Positions 16,384 through 25,423 of a stretch of DNA of 64,000 bases are shown here, piece after piece. A program made the translations under genes and the position numbers. Numbering within the stretch: the first letter of the stretch is position 1; each line of letters starts with the position of its first letter. The notes beneath the pieces were generated by a model. The model was not told where the DNA came from. It was given only the letters and a program-made list of their open reading frames with translations, and did not search any database. Origin of the DNA: Lachnospiraceae bacterium (GTDB lineage: Bacteria > Bacillota > Clostridia > Lachnospirales > Lachnospiraceae); the NCBI GenBank assembly GCA_017622845.1, contig JAGAQJ010000002.1, positions 11,830-75,829 of the forward strand. The letters are read 5' to 3'.

Positions 16384-17058
16384 ATGAGTTTTAAGGACGT
16401 GTTAAAAAAATCATTTGTGAATAATTTCACAACAGCCGATATGACTTTTACAGAGGTGCTGTTGATACTGGCAATTACACTGCTTTTTGCGTTGTATATC
16501 TTTTTCATTTACAGGATATTAACAAGGAAAAATTTCTACAATAAAAACTTTAATATCTCGCTTGCAGCGATTGCAATGATTACTGCTGCCGTAATTATTA
16601 CGATTCAGTCAAGCATTGTCGTTTCGCTTGGTATGGTAGGCGCGCTGTCTATTGTGAGATTTCGGACGGCAGTGAAGGACCCGCTTGACCTTGTATTTAT
16701 GTTCTGGGCGTTGGCAGTCGGCATTATATGCGGTGTCGGCCTGTTTTACATTGCAGGAATACTGTCAATTCTTGTGACGATAACGATATTCATACTGGAT
16801 AAGCTTCCGGCGGCACAGGCGCCTATGATTCTGATGGTGCAGGCTGTGTACTGTGATATGGAGGGCGATATCAGCAGCGTGGTATCGGAGTTTACAAAGT
16901 ATTACAAGGTGAAATCAAGAAATATTACACCGGAGAGGACCAGCATCGTGATGGAGCTTCGGGTGAAAGACGGAGGAAGCCTCGTACAGAAATTAAGCGG
17001 CATGGACGGAGTGGAATATGTATCCATCATTGACCATGACGGGGAAGTGACATACTGA
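16384..17058 (+). CDS. DUF4956-family membrane protein
   Basis: The start ATG at 16384 follows an AGGAGGA RBS. The signature is LGMVGALSIVRFRTAVKDPLDLVFMFWALAVGIICGVG. It has 4-5 TM helices and a ~70 aa soluble C-terminus. Confidence 0.7.
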   Translation: MSFKDVLKKSFVNNFTTADMTFTEVLLILAITLLFALYIFFIYRILTRKNFYNKNFNISLAAIAMITAAVIITIQSSIVVSLGMVGALSIVRFRTAVKDPLDLVFMFWALAVGIICGVGLFYIAGILSILVTITIFILDKLPAAQAPMILMVQAVYCDMEGDISSVVSEFTKYYKVKSRNITPERTSIVMELRVKDGGSLVQKLSGMDGVEYVSIIDHDGEVTY

Positions 17059-17077
17059 TGAAGGAATGAAGGGCGTA

Positions 17078-17167
17078 TATGGTTTCACTGAACAGAAAAC
17101 GGCAGCCGGAGGGATATTATCTGACGTTTTCGTCCGGATAAGAATGCATAAAAAGCTGAACTGTAAC
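17078..17167 (+). repeat. ~90-nt intergenic repeat (module 4 plus a half module 3)
   Basis: TATGGTTTCACTGAACAGAAAAC-[hairpin]-GTTTTCGTCCGG..AATGCATAAAA(A/G)GCTGAACTGT(T)AC is shared with 33279-33361. The internal 11-bp stem shows a compensatory G-C to U-A change between the two copies. Confidence 0.75.
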
Positions 17168-17278
17168 GAAAGGCAATTAAAACTTGCTATCGTGCTTGTT
17201 AAATTCAGATAAATAGATTACTATAATTGTATTGCCGCAGCAAGGGTTTCTATGATATAGAAGTAAAGAGGAGTAAAC

Positions 17279-20200
17279 ATGTTTCAAGTACGCGCAAAAA
17301 CGATAGCAATTGATATCATACTGATTCTGTCATTCGTACTGACAGGCTGCGGCAGCAATGGGGTTTTGTCATGGAGCGGCAAGACTTCCGGCTGCCGGAT
17401 TACAGGGCTTACCGTCAATTATGAAGAAAATCCCATAGGCATCGAAACGCAGCCCTTGTTTGGATGGCGCATGGAGTCTGATGAGAAGAATCAGCTTCAG
17501 ACAGCGTACAGAATTGTAGTAGCGAAGTCTCCTGAACATCTGGAAAAGAAGGATTATGTGTGGGACAGCGGAAAAACAGAATCAGACCGCTCAGTGGCGA
17601 TACCATATGAGGGAGAAGCGCTGGCAGCAGGAGAAAGCTACGTGTGGAGGGTTTCTGTGTGGGACCGGGACGAAAGAGAAGCTGAGAGCAGTGAGGCATC
17701 GTTTGAGATGGGATTGACGGACGGTGACTGGAGCGGCGCGTCATGGATTGGGGTCAGAGCACCTGAAAAGGAAAAGCAGGTTCATAATCCCCAAAATTAC
17801 ACGATTGCGTATGATGTGAAGCTTGGAAAGACGCATTCCGGCTTCATATGGGGCATGGATACCAATCAGTACGGCACATATTACCGCTGTGATATCAACA
17901 CATTGGGAGAGAACCTTGAGCTTTCGGTTTCTGAATTTTGCAATACGGAGCTGGTAGATGAGAATGCAATGATGGTTCGCCTTGATGAGGCATTTCCGGA
18001 AGTCTTTCCAAGTGCGGAGGAATTCTGCGGCAGGGAGCACCATGTTATGCTGCAGGGAAACAGTACGGGTATTCGTGTTGTGGTGGACGGTACTGAGGTA
18101 CTTGTGTTTGCAGTGAATCAGGTCAGGGCATTGGAAAATATCGGACTTTGGACGGCAAGAGGAGCTTATTATGCGTACTATGACAATATAAGAATCACAG
18201 ATGACCAGGACGGAAGCGTGATTTATGAGGAAGACTTTGAGGATAAATCCAGCCATCTGTTTTCGCCGTATTATATCAGGACCGTGGACGGATGGTGCGA
18301 GGCGTCCTCCGGCTTCCTGCTTACACCTGGCGTTGAGGAACCGGCGCCGATGCTGCGGCGTGAATTTGAGAAGGACAGCAGTCAGCAGGTGGTATCGGCG
18401 AGACTGTATGCGACAGCGCTTGGCGATTACAGGATTTATCTGAATGGAACGGATATCTGTGGGGAATATCTGACACCCGGCCGTTCGATATACAGCAAAG
18501 AGACGTATTACAGGACCTATGATGTGACACCGCTTTTAAACGATGGCGGAGAAGCTGACGTGATTGGCGTTATCCTCGGTCATGGAAGGTATGATAAAGC
18601 AAACGCTGACTGGGGAGAGCAGATAGCGTTTCAGGCAAAGCTTGTCCTGCAGTACGCAGACGGCAGGAAGCAAGTGGTTGTCACGGATGATACATGGCAG
18701 GCATTTACAGATGGACCGATTCGAAATGATGACATGTTTTTGGGAGAATATTATGATGCTGCAAAGGAACAAAGCGGATGGTGCGAAGCCGGATATTTGG
18801 CTGTTGCATGGCAGCAGGCAGAGGTTTTTCATGAATATGACAGCCTTGAGAAAAAAGCCGGTAAAGCTTCGGCGGTAAAATGCATCGGAACACGTGCAGC
18901 AGTCAGCGTGTCAGAGCCGGTGGAAGGTCAGTATGTATATGATTTTGGACAGAATTTCAACGGAAACTGTCAAATCACTTTAAAAAATACCGGGGGAAAA
19001 AGGGGACAGGCGGTTACAATCCGGTATGCAGAGGCTTTAAACCAGCCGGATATGTCCTGCCGTGATGATGAAGTCGGAACGATATGGACACAGAACCTGT
19101 ATATGGCGGATAATACGGATTATTATATTATGAGCGGTTCCGGGGAGGAAACCTACACGCCGAGTCTTGTGTGCAGAGGCTTTCGGTATGTGCAGATATC
19201 AGGTATTGATGAACCGATACCGCTTGAGGATATCAGCGGACTTGTTATCACCTCTGAGCAGAAGCGGACAGGATATTTTACCTGCTCTGACGAGCAGATA
19301 AACCGGCTTTACGAGAGCATTTATTGGACACAGCTTAGTAATTATTTAGATGTGCCGACAGACTGCCCCCAGAGAGATGAACGCTTTGGCTGGGCAGGCG
19401 ATGCGCAGGTTTTTGCCCATACGGCAGACTATAATGCCGATATTTATAATTATATGCTCCAATACACGCAAATGCTGTTAGACGGACAATGCGACAACGG
19501 AGCACTGCCTGAAATCGCGCCAGGCAATCACATGGATAGCGGTGCGAACGGCTGGAGCGACGCAGGCATTATCTTAATATGGGAGCTGTACCAGCAATAC
19601 GGAAACGAGGCAATAATCAGAGAAAATCTTGATGCCATGTGCCGGTATGTAGATTATCTGGTTGATACAAGTGAGGATTATGTGCGCCGGCAGCATAATT
19701 ACAGCGACCACAATGCGGTGTCCGGCCTTGATGATGAGATAGCAAATACGGCACAATGCGCCTATGTGTCGCTGCTGCTGTCCAAAATGAGCAGGGCTGT
19801 CGGAGAAAATGACATTGCCAATCGGTACGATATGGTTTACAATCAATACAAGAATGCATGGCAGAGCCATTACATCAATGAGGATGGTTCGATAGACTGC
19901 TGGCTCCAGTCTGCGTATGCGATGGGACTGGCATTTGAGCTGTATCCTGAGGAGCTTAAGGAAAAAGGGGCAGCATGTTTGAATAATGCGGCGGCAGCAA
20001 ACGATTATCATTTGAATACCGGATATATCGCCACACAGCTATTGCTGCCTGTGCTGTGCGAATACGGGTATGTCGATACGGCGTATAAGATATTGCAGCA
20101 GGATACATATCCTTCCTGGAATGATATGCTTTCGAGGGACCAGACCACCATTACGGAGGCATGGTATACGTATTATGATACCGGAGATGGAACATATGCG

Positions 20201-20527
20201 ATTAACGGTTCCCTGAATCATTTTGCATTAGGTTCTGTGGGACAATGGATGTACAGCGACATGCTTGGCATCAGGCGTGATGAGAACTATCCCGGATATC
20301 AGCATTTTTTTATAGAGCCGCAGCCAGGCGGAGGACTGACCTATGCGTCGGGAAGCTATGAAAGCGTGTATGGAACGATAGAGAGCAGCTGGCAGGTGGA
20401 GGGCAGTGAGCTGGTATTTCGTTTTACGATTCCTGCCAATACGACAGCGACAGTCTCGCTTCCAAATGCACAGTACCGGGATATGGAGCTTGGCTCCGGC
20501 ACATATGAGTATCGTATTACGCCGTGA
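17279..20527 (+). CDS. GH78 alpha-L-rhamnosidase, lipoprotein
   Basis: The lipobox is FVLTGCGS. The GH78 hallmark is DVPTDCPQRDERFGWAGDAQVF, followed by a six-hairpin domain. It is 1082 aa with extra N-terminal beta-sandwich modules. Confidence 0.85.
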   Translation: MFQVRAKTIAIDIILILSFVLTGCGSNGVLSWSGKTSGCRITGLTVNYEENPIGIETQPLFGWRMESDEKNQLQTAYRIVVAKSPEHLEKKDYVWDSGKTESDRSVAIPYEGEALAAGESYVWRVSVWDRDEREAESSEASFEMGLTDGDWSGASWIGVRAPEKEKQVHNPQNYTIAYDVKLGKTHSGFIWGMDTNQYGTYYRCDINTLGENLELSVSEFCNTELVDENAMMVRLDEAFPEVFPSAEEFCGREHHVMLQGNSTGIRVVVDGTEVLVFAVNQVRALENIGLWTARGAYYAYYDNIRITDDQDGSVIYEEDFEDKSSHLFSPYYIRTVDGWCEASSGFLLTPGVEEPAPMLRREFEKDSSQQVVSARLYATALGDYRIYLNGTDICGEYLTPGRSIYSKETYYRTYDVTPLLNDGGEADVIGVILGHGRYDKANADWGEQIAFQAKLVLQYADGRKQVVVTDDTWQAFTDGPIRNDDMFLGEYYDAAKEQSGWCEAGYLAVAWQQAEVFHEYDSLEKKAGKASAVKCIGTRAAVSVSEPVEGQYVYDFGQNFNGNCQITLKNTGGKRGQAVTIRYAEALNQPDMSCRDDEVGTIWTQNLYMADNTDYYIMSGSGEETYTPSLVCRGFRYVQISGIDEPIPLEDISGLVITSEQKRTGYFTCSDEQINRLYESIYWTQLSNYLDVPTDCPQRDERFGWAGDAQVFAHTADYNADIYNYMLQYTQMLLDGQCDNGALPEIAPGNHMDSGANGWSDAGIILIWELYQQYGNEAIIRENLDAMCRYVDYLVDTSEDYVRRQHNYSDHNAVSGLDDEIANTAQCAYVSLLLSKMSRAVGENDIANRYDMVYNQYKNAWQSHYINEDGSIDCWLQSAYAMGLAFELYPEELKEKGAACLNNAAAANDYHLNTGYIATQLLLPVLCEYGYVDTAYKILQQDTYPSWNDMLSRDQTTITEAWYTYYDTGDGTYAINGSLNHFALGSVGQWMYSDMLGIRRDENYPGYQHFFIEPQPGGGLTYASGSYESVYGTIESSWQVEGSELVFRFTIPANTTATVSLPNAQYRDMELGSGTYEYRITP

Positions 20528-20624
20528 CAGTTCAGTTGATGGATACGCATGGCTCTGTGTTGTACAGATAGCAGTAAGGCGGCACTGCCGCATTCTGTCC
20601 AAAGAAAGAAAAAGGGGTATCAAT

Positions 20625-21422
20625 ATGAAGCTTTCAATTTCAAATATTGCATGGAATGCGCAGGAGGACTCTGCGGTTTATTCGATGATGAAAAAATATG
20701 GTTACACGGGACTCGAAATTGCGCCGACACGCATTATAGAACAGGCTCCGTATCAAAATCTCAAGGCTGCAGAGAGCTGGCGCGAGACACTTGATTTTGA
20801 TGTTCCCTCTATGCAGTCTATTTGGTTTGGAAAGACGCAGAAGCTGTTTGGAGGCGAAGCAGACAGACAGGAGCTTTTGGACTATACGAAGGCGGCGGTT
20901 GACTTTGCAAAGACTGTCCGGTGCGGCAATCTGGTCTTTGGAAGCCCGAAAAACAGAGCGCTTCCTGATACGGCGGACAAGAAATTGCGGCAGGCAGGCG
21001 TTGCTTTTTTTAGAGAGCTTGGGGATTATGCGGCACAAAATGGTACGGCAATCGGTATGGAGGCAAACCCTGCAATATACAGCACAAACTACATCAATAC
21101 GACACAAGAAGCGCTGAATCTCATCAGAGAGGTTGGCTCAGACGGCTTTCTGCTGAATCTTGATGTCGGAACGATGATTGAGAACAGGGAGTCCGTGGAG
21201 CTTCTTGAGGGGTATGCCGCGCAAATCAATCATGTGCATATCAGTGAACCGTTTTTGAAGCCTGTTGTCATCAGCCCTGAAAGGAGACAGCTTCATGGCG
21301 GGCTTGCAGCATTTTTGAGGGAAAATGATTATCAGGGATATGTCTCTGTCGAAATGGGCAGAACAGAGGAGCTTTCCGTTATTGAGGAAATTCTGGCATA
21401 TGTAAAGGAGATGTTTGCATGA
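20625..21422 (+). CDS. Xylose-isomerase-like TIM-barrel protein (sugar-phosphate isomerase/epimerase family)
   Basis: The start is taken at ATG 20625, because the track ORF start at 20406 overlaps the GH78 gene. The pattern fits AP-endonuclease-2/xylose-isomerase-like barrels: KLSISNIAW...GYTGLEIAP...GNLVFGSPKNR...GMEANP...HVHISE. Confidence 0.6.
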   Translation: MKLSISNIAWNAQEDSAVYSMMKKYGYTGLEIAPTRIIEQAPYQNLKAAESWRETLDFDVPSMQSIWFGKTQKLFGGEADRQELLDYTKAAVDFAKTVRCGNLVFGSPKNRALPDTADKKLRQAGVAFFRELGDYAAQNGTAIGMEANPAIYSTNYINTTQEALNLIREVGSDGFLLNLDVGTMIENRESVELLEGYAAQINHVHISEPFLKPVVISPERRQLHGGLAAFLRENDYQGYVSVEMGRTEELSVIEEILAYVKEMFA

Positions 21423-22213
21423 TTTATGAGGGAGGAAACGGCGTTCCTGCTTTTTCGTGTGAGGAGTATGCGCCTAAGACAAGCGATTATGCGGTGCTGA
21501 TTCCGGTTATCAATGAAGGAGAGCGCATTTTAAAGGAGCTTTACCGCGCGTATAAGCATGAAATTGCAAAGCATGCAGATATTGTAATCTGCGACGGCGG
21601 TTCGACGGATGGAAGCACGCAGGAGCGAAAGCTTAGAAAGCTTCAGGTGAATACGCTGCTTGTGAAAAAGGATAAGGGAAAGCAGGGCGCACAGCTTCGT
21701 ATGGGGATTTACTGGGCGCTGCAGAGAGGCTATCGGGGGATTATTACCATTGACGGAAATAACAAGGACAGTATCGAGGATATTCCGTGTTTTATCCGGA
21801 AGCTTGAAGAAGGGTATGATTTTGTGCAAGGCTCCCGCTTTATTAAGGGCGGACGTGCGATTAACACGCCTTTTATCAGAAATATATCGGTGCGATTGAT
21901 TCATGCGCCCGTGATTTCGCTCACTGCCGGACAGCGCTTTACCGATACCACGAATGCCTACAGGGCTTATTCGGCAAGATATCTAAGCGATGCAGAGGTT
22001 GCGCCGCTTCGGGACGTATTTATGACCTATGAGCTGCTTGCGTATTTATCGGTCAGGGCAACACAGCTTGGATATAAAGCATGTGAGATACCAGTTACAA
22101 GAGCCTATCCGAAAGCAGGAAAGACACCGACCAAAATCAGCTTTTTCAAGGGAAACAGCGAACTGCTGAAAATTTTGTTTAAAAATCTGTTTGGTGCATA
22201 TAATCCAAAATAG
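21419..22213 (+). CDS. Soluble GT2, Dpm1-like (polyprenyl-phosphate sugar synthase-like)
   Basis: It has an ATGA overlap with the upstream gene. Blocks are YAVLIPVINEGERI, ICDGGSTDGS, ITIDGNNKD and VQGSRFIKGG. Confidence 0.65.
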   Translation: MIYEGGNGVPAFSCEEYAPKTSDYAVLIPVINEGERILKELYRAYKHEIAKHADIVICDGGSTDGSTQERKLRKLQVNTLLVKKDKGKQGAQLRMGIYWALQRGYRGIITIDGNNKDSIEDIPCFIRKLEEGYDFVQGSRFIKGGRAINTPFIRNISVRLIHAPVISLTAGQRFTDTTNAYRAYSARYLSDAEVAPLRDVFMTYELLAYLSVRATQLGYKACEIPVTRAYPKAGKTPTKISFFKGNSELLKILFKNLFGAYNPK

Positions 22214-22243
22214 TGGCGGAAGGCTTTTGCATGAGGGAGTAAG

Positions 22244-23668
22244 ATGGAAAATATCAGAAGAAAAAACAAGATGATAGAGACTTACAGTGTGCTGCTGATA
22301 GATATTTTCAGTGTTGTTGTGTCATATGCACTGGCACTGTTTATAAGGTTTCGCCTGATTCATTATGAGAGCTATCCGGTGCAGTTTCACTTTATGGTCG
22401 GTGCCTATATTGTGGCGCTCTGTCTGCTGTACAATATGTTCCTGGATGCAAACAGCAACTTTTTTACCAGAGGATATTACCAGGAGTTCTATTATATTGT
22501 GCGGTATACCCTGATTCTTGTGGTCGGGTTGGTTGTGATTTTGTACCTTACGCAGCAGTCGTATGACTTTTCCCGTTCGGTCTATGTGATTTTTGCCGCA
22601 TTGAACATTGTAATTACATATGCAGCGCATATTGTGTTCAAGAAAAGCATGTGGAAATTTTACCGCAAAAGCACGAGTGCGACAAAAATGCTGGTGATAA
22701 CAAGGGACAGCATGGCGCAGGAAGTGCTTGAAAATCTGATTAAGGGCAATGAGTGGTACTATGAAGTGACTGCCGTGGCGCTCTACGATGCAGACAAAAA
22801 AGGGCAGCGTATTCAGGGGATTCCTGTGGCAGCGGGACACAGCGACTTGTATGAAACAGTGGTTCAGATGATGGTAGATGAGGTGTTTATCTGCCTGCCG
22901 GAAACTCCTGCCGCCGAGATTCGGGATATGATTCGGCAGTTTGAGGAAATGGGGCTGGTCTGCCATTATAATGTCGATTTATTCAGCAGGGACAATCCCA
23001 ATACGTATGTGCAGAAAATGGCAGGCTACAGCGTCATATCGTTTGCACTCAAAACGATGGATTCCAGGCGTCTTCTTGTGAAGCGCTGCATGGATATCAC
23101 AGGCTCTCTTGTGGGACTAGTCATTACGGCTGTGATAACACCGTTTGTGGCGCTGGCTATCAAGATTGATTCACCGGGACCTGTCTTCTTCTCACAGATA
23201 CGTATTGGAAAAAACGGCAGGCGTTTTAAAATCTGGAAGTTCCGCTCCATGTATATTGACGCGGAGGAGCGCAAAAAGGAGCTGGAGGAGCACAATGAGA
23301 TGAAAGGTCTGATGTTTAAAATGGAGGAGGACCCGCGCATCACAAAAGTAGGAAGATTTATCAGAAAGACAAGTATCGATGAGACGCCGCAGTTCTTCAA
23401 TATTTTTGTCGGCGATATGAGTCTGGTGGGAACGCGTCCGCCGACAGAGGACGAGTTCGAACAGTACAACGGCTACTACCGAAGGCGCATGAGCATCACG
23501 CCCGGACTGACAGGCATGTGGCAGGTAAGCGGCAGAAGCGATATACAGGATTTTGAGGAGATTGTGAAGCTGGACCTTGCCTACATCGACAACTGGTCTT
23601 TGGGACTTGACATCAAGATACTGTTTATGACTATATTTGCTGTTCTGGGAAAGAAAGGGTCTAAGTAG
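22244..23668 (+). CDS. Polyprenyl glycosylphosphotransferase (bacterial sugar transferase family, WbaP-like large form)
   Basis: The C-terminal catalytic domain reads SPGPVFFSQIRIGKNGRRFKIWKFRSM ... IDETPQFFNIFVGDMSLVGTRPP. The N-terminus has 4 TM helices plus a linker domain. Confidence 0.85.
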   Translation: MENIRRKNKMIETYSVLLIDIFSVVVSYALALFIRFRLIHYESYPVQFHFMVGAYIVALCLLYNMFLDANSNFFTRGYYQEFYYIVRYTLILVVGLVVILYLTQQSYDFSRSVYVIFAALNIVITYAAHIVFKKSMWKFYRKSTSATKMLVITRDSMAQEVLENLIKGNEWYYEVTAVALYDADKKGQRIQGIPVAAGHSDLYETVVQMMVDEVFICLPETPAAEIRDMIRQFEEMGLVCHYNVDLFSRDNPNTYVQKMAGYSVISFALKTMDSRRLLVKRCMDITGSLVGLVITAVITPFVALAIKIDSPGPVFFSQIRIGKNGRRFKIWKFRSMYIDAEERKKELEEHNEMKGLMFKMEEDPRITKVGRFIRKTSIDETPQFFNIFVGDMSLVGTRPPTEDEFEQYNGYYRRRMSITPGLTGMWQVSGRSDIQDFEEIVKLDLAYIDNWSLGLDIKILFMTIFAVLGKKGSK

Positions 23669-23683
23669 CAGTTGGATATAAGG

Positions 23684-23713
23684 TTGACGCAATTGCCGCA
23701 TCGGTGTTATAAT
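23684..23713 (+). promoter_or_regulatory. Candidate internal promoter with extended -10 (TTGACG-18 nt, ending in the TGn dinucleotide-TATAAT)
   Basis: TTGACG lies at 23684-23689 and TGTTATAAT at 23705-23713. The implied transcript start at ~23720 makes the ATG at 23739 a plausible alternative start for the next gene. Confidence 0.45.
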
Positions 23714-23726
23714 CGCTTATTGAAGG

Positions 23727-24497
23727 ATGACATATAGGATGGAAGATTTACAATACTGTACAATATTAAAGACAAGGATTAATGTGACCAGTATGCAGGA
23801 TACACTGGCGTATATTGATGCCCATCTTGACGAGCTGAGGGGCAGATACATCTGTGTGTCCAATGTACACACGACAGTGATGTCTTATGAAAATGAGCGT
23901 TACAGAGCCGTGCAAAATGGTGCGGCGATGGCGCTTCCTGACGGTGCGCCGCTGTCCAAGTACAGCAGAATGAAGGGATTTGCGGGCGCGCAGCGTGTGA
24001 CAGGTCCCGATTTGATGACAGAGCTGTTCAGGATTTCCGGTCAAAAGGGGTACAGGCATTTTTTTTATGGTTCTACGCAGGAAACGCTTGACGGCATGAA
24101 GGCAGCGCTCGCTCAGAATTATCCGGGCGCGGCGGTGGCAGGAATGTATGCTCCGCCGTTTCGGCCGCTTACAGAGGAAGAGGATCAAAAGATAATAGAA
24201 CAGATCAATCAGACAAAGCCGGACTTTATATGGGTGGGGCTTGGCGCTCCGAAGCAGGAGGAGTGGATGGCTGCCCATCAGGGGAAGCTGAATGCGCCTG
24301 CGGTAGGCGTGGGAGCCGGATTTGATTATCTTGCCGGAAATATTAAGAGAGCGCCGCGGTTTATGCAGGTACTCTGCCTGGAATGGCTGTACAGGCTTCT
24401 TCAGGACCCGAAGCGCTTATGGAAACGGTATGTGACGACCAATTTGAAATTTATCAAATATATTTTAAAAGAGGAAAGAAATAAAAAAAAGGGATAG
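23727..24497 (+). CDS. tagA: WecB/TagA/CpsF-family glycosyltransferase (GT26)
   Basis: Blocks are ALPDGAPL, GPDLMTELF, HFFYGSTQETL, PDFIWVGLGAPKQEEWM, VGVGAGFDYLAGNIKRAP and LEWLYRLLQDPKRLWKRY. The start is ambiguous (23727 or 23739). Confidence 0.8.
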   Translation: MTYRMEDLQYCTILKTRINVTSMQDTLAYIDAHLDELRGRYICVSNVHTTVMSYENERYRAVQNGAAMALPDGAPLSKYSRMKGFAGAQRVTGPDLMTELFRISGQKGYRHFFYGSTQETLDGMKAALAQNYPGAAVAGMYAPPFRPLTEEEDQKIIEQINQTKPDFIWVGLGAPKQEEWMAAHQGKLNAPAVGVGAGFDYLAGNIKRAPRFMQVLCLEWLYRLLQDPKRLWKRYVTTNLKFIKYILKEERNKKKG

Positions 24498-24500
24498 AAT

Positions 24501-25400
24501 ATGGAGAATCGTATCTGGTTTCATGCAGATGATTTTGGCGTGACAGCAGAACAGGCAAAAAGAATTTTAGACTGCTGTCAAAACGGCGTGCTCAACAGCA
24601 TCAGTGTAATGCCGAATACTCCGGCGCTTGCAGAATCGCTTGCGCTGCTTCGGGAAGCTGATCCGCAGGGAAATAAGATCAGGCGTGTGCTCCATTTGAA
24701 TTTTGTGGAGGGAAAGCCGCTTGCAGGGGCAGAGAATGTACCGCTGTTAGTTGACAAGACAGGATATTTTAACAAGTCATTTATACAATTGTTTCAATGG
24801 AATTACAGTAAAAGAGGAGTCAAAAGGCAGCAGCTTGCAAGCCAGCTGAAACTGGAAATTGAAGCACAGCTTCGGGCAGTGGCGGTGGAGCACGATTACA
24901 AAATTACCGGAATCGACTCCCACCAGCATTACCATATGATTCCTGTTATATTCGACAGTCTGATGGAGGTTCTGGCAAAGCAGGAATTTGCACAGCTTCC
25001 TATCCGGCAGATACGGGTACCGGTAGACCCGACAGCCCCGCTTCGGCGGGATATCCGCATGCTGACGGGGGTGCCGAAGATAAACTGGGTGAAATGGTGT
25101 ATTCTGAAACAATACGCAGACAGAAATAGAAAAATACTGCAGAGCAGAGGGATAAAAGCACCTGTCTTTTTCGGGATTTTTTATACCTGTGAGATGAAAA
25201 AGGAAGTGGTAGAGGCACTGCTTCCCTCATACAGGGAATATGCTGATAAAAAGAGTGAGGATTTAGAGTTGATGTTTCACCCCGGAAATCTGACGGCCTC
25301 CTATGAGCTGTTGGATGAAAGGAGTAAGGAGCTTGCAGCATTTTATATGTCCGACAACAGATATTATGAAGCCGAATGTTTAAAGCTGCTGAAAATATAG
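24501..25400 (+). CDS. YdjC/ChbG-family carbohydrate deacetylase
   Basis: The N-terminal YdjC signature is IWFHADDFGVTAEQAKRILDCCQNGVLNSISVMPN. A downstream HQH metal-site-like block is present (IDSHQHYHMIP). Confidence 0.7.
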   Translation: MENRIWFHADDFGVTAEQAKRILDCCQNGVLNSISVMPNTPALAESLALLREADPQGNKIRRVLHLNFVEGKPLAGAENVPLLVDKTGYFNKSFIQLFQWNYSKRGVKRQQLASQLKLEIEAQLRAVAVEHDYKITGIDSHQHYHMIPVIFDSLMEVLAKQEFAQLPIRQIRVPVDPTAPLRRDIRMLTGVPKINWVKWCILKQYADRNRKILQSRGIKAPVFFGIFYTCEMKKEVVEALLPSYREYADKKSEDLELMFHPGNLTASYELLDERSKELAAFYMSDNRYYEAECLKLLKI

Positions 25401-25423
25401 TACAATAAAAGTGAGGAGAAGTT

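Noticed and set aside
20406-20624. N-terminal extensions offered by the ORF track. This one is an example; others are 10392-10496, 15611-15670, 16333-16383, 26517-26597, 28482-28583, 48849-48899, 50658-50711, 56767-56832 and 62800-62907.
   Set aside because: The extensions overlap the preceding gene or a terminator and lack an RBS. Their peptide text is atypical. In each case an internal start with a Shine-Dalgarno sequence begins the recognisable domain.
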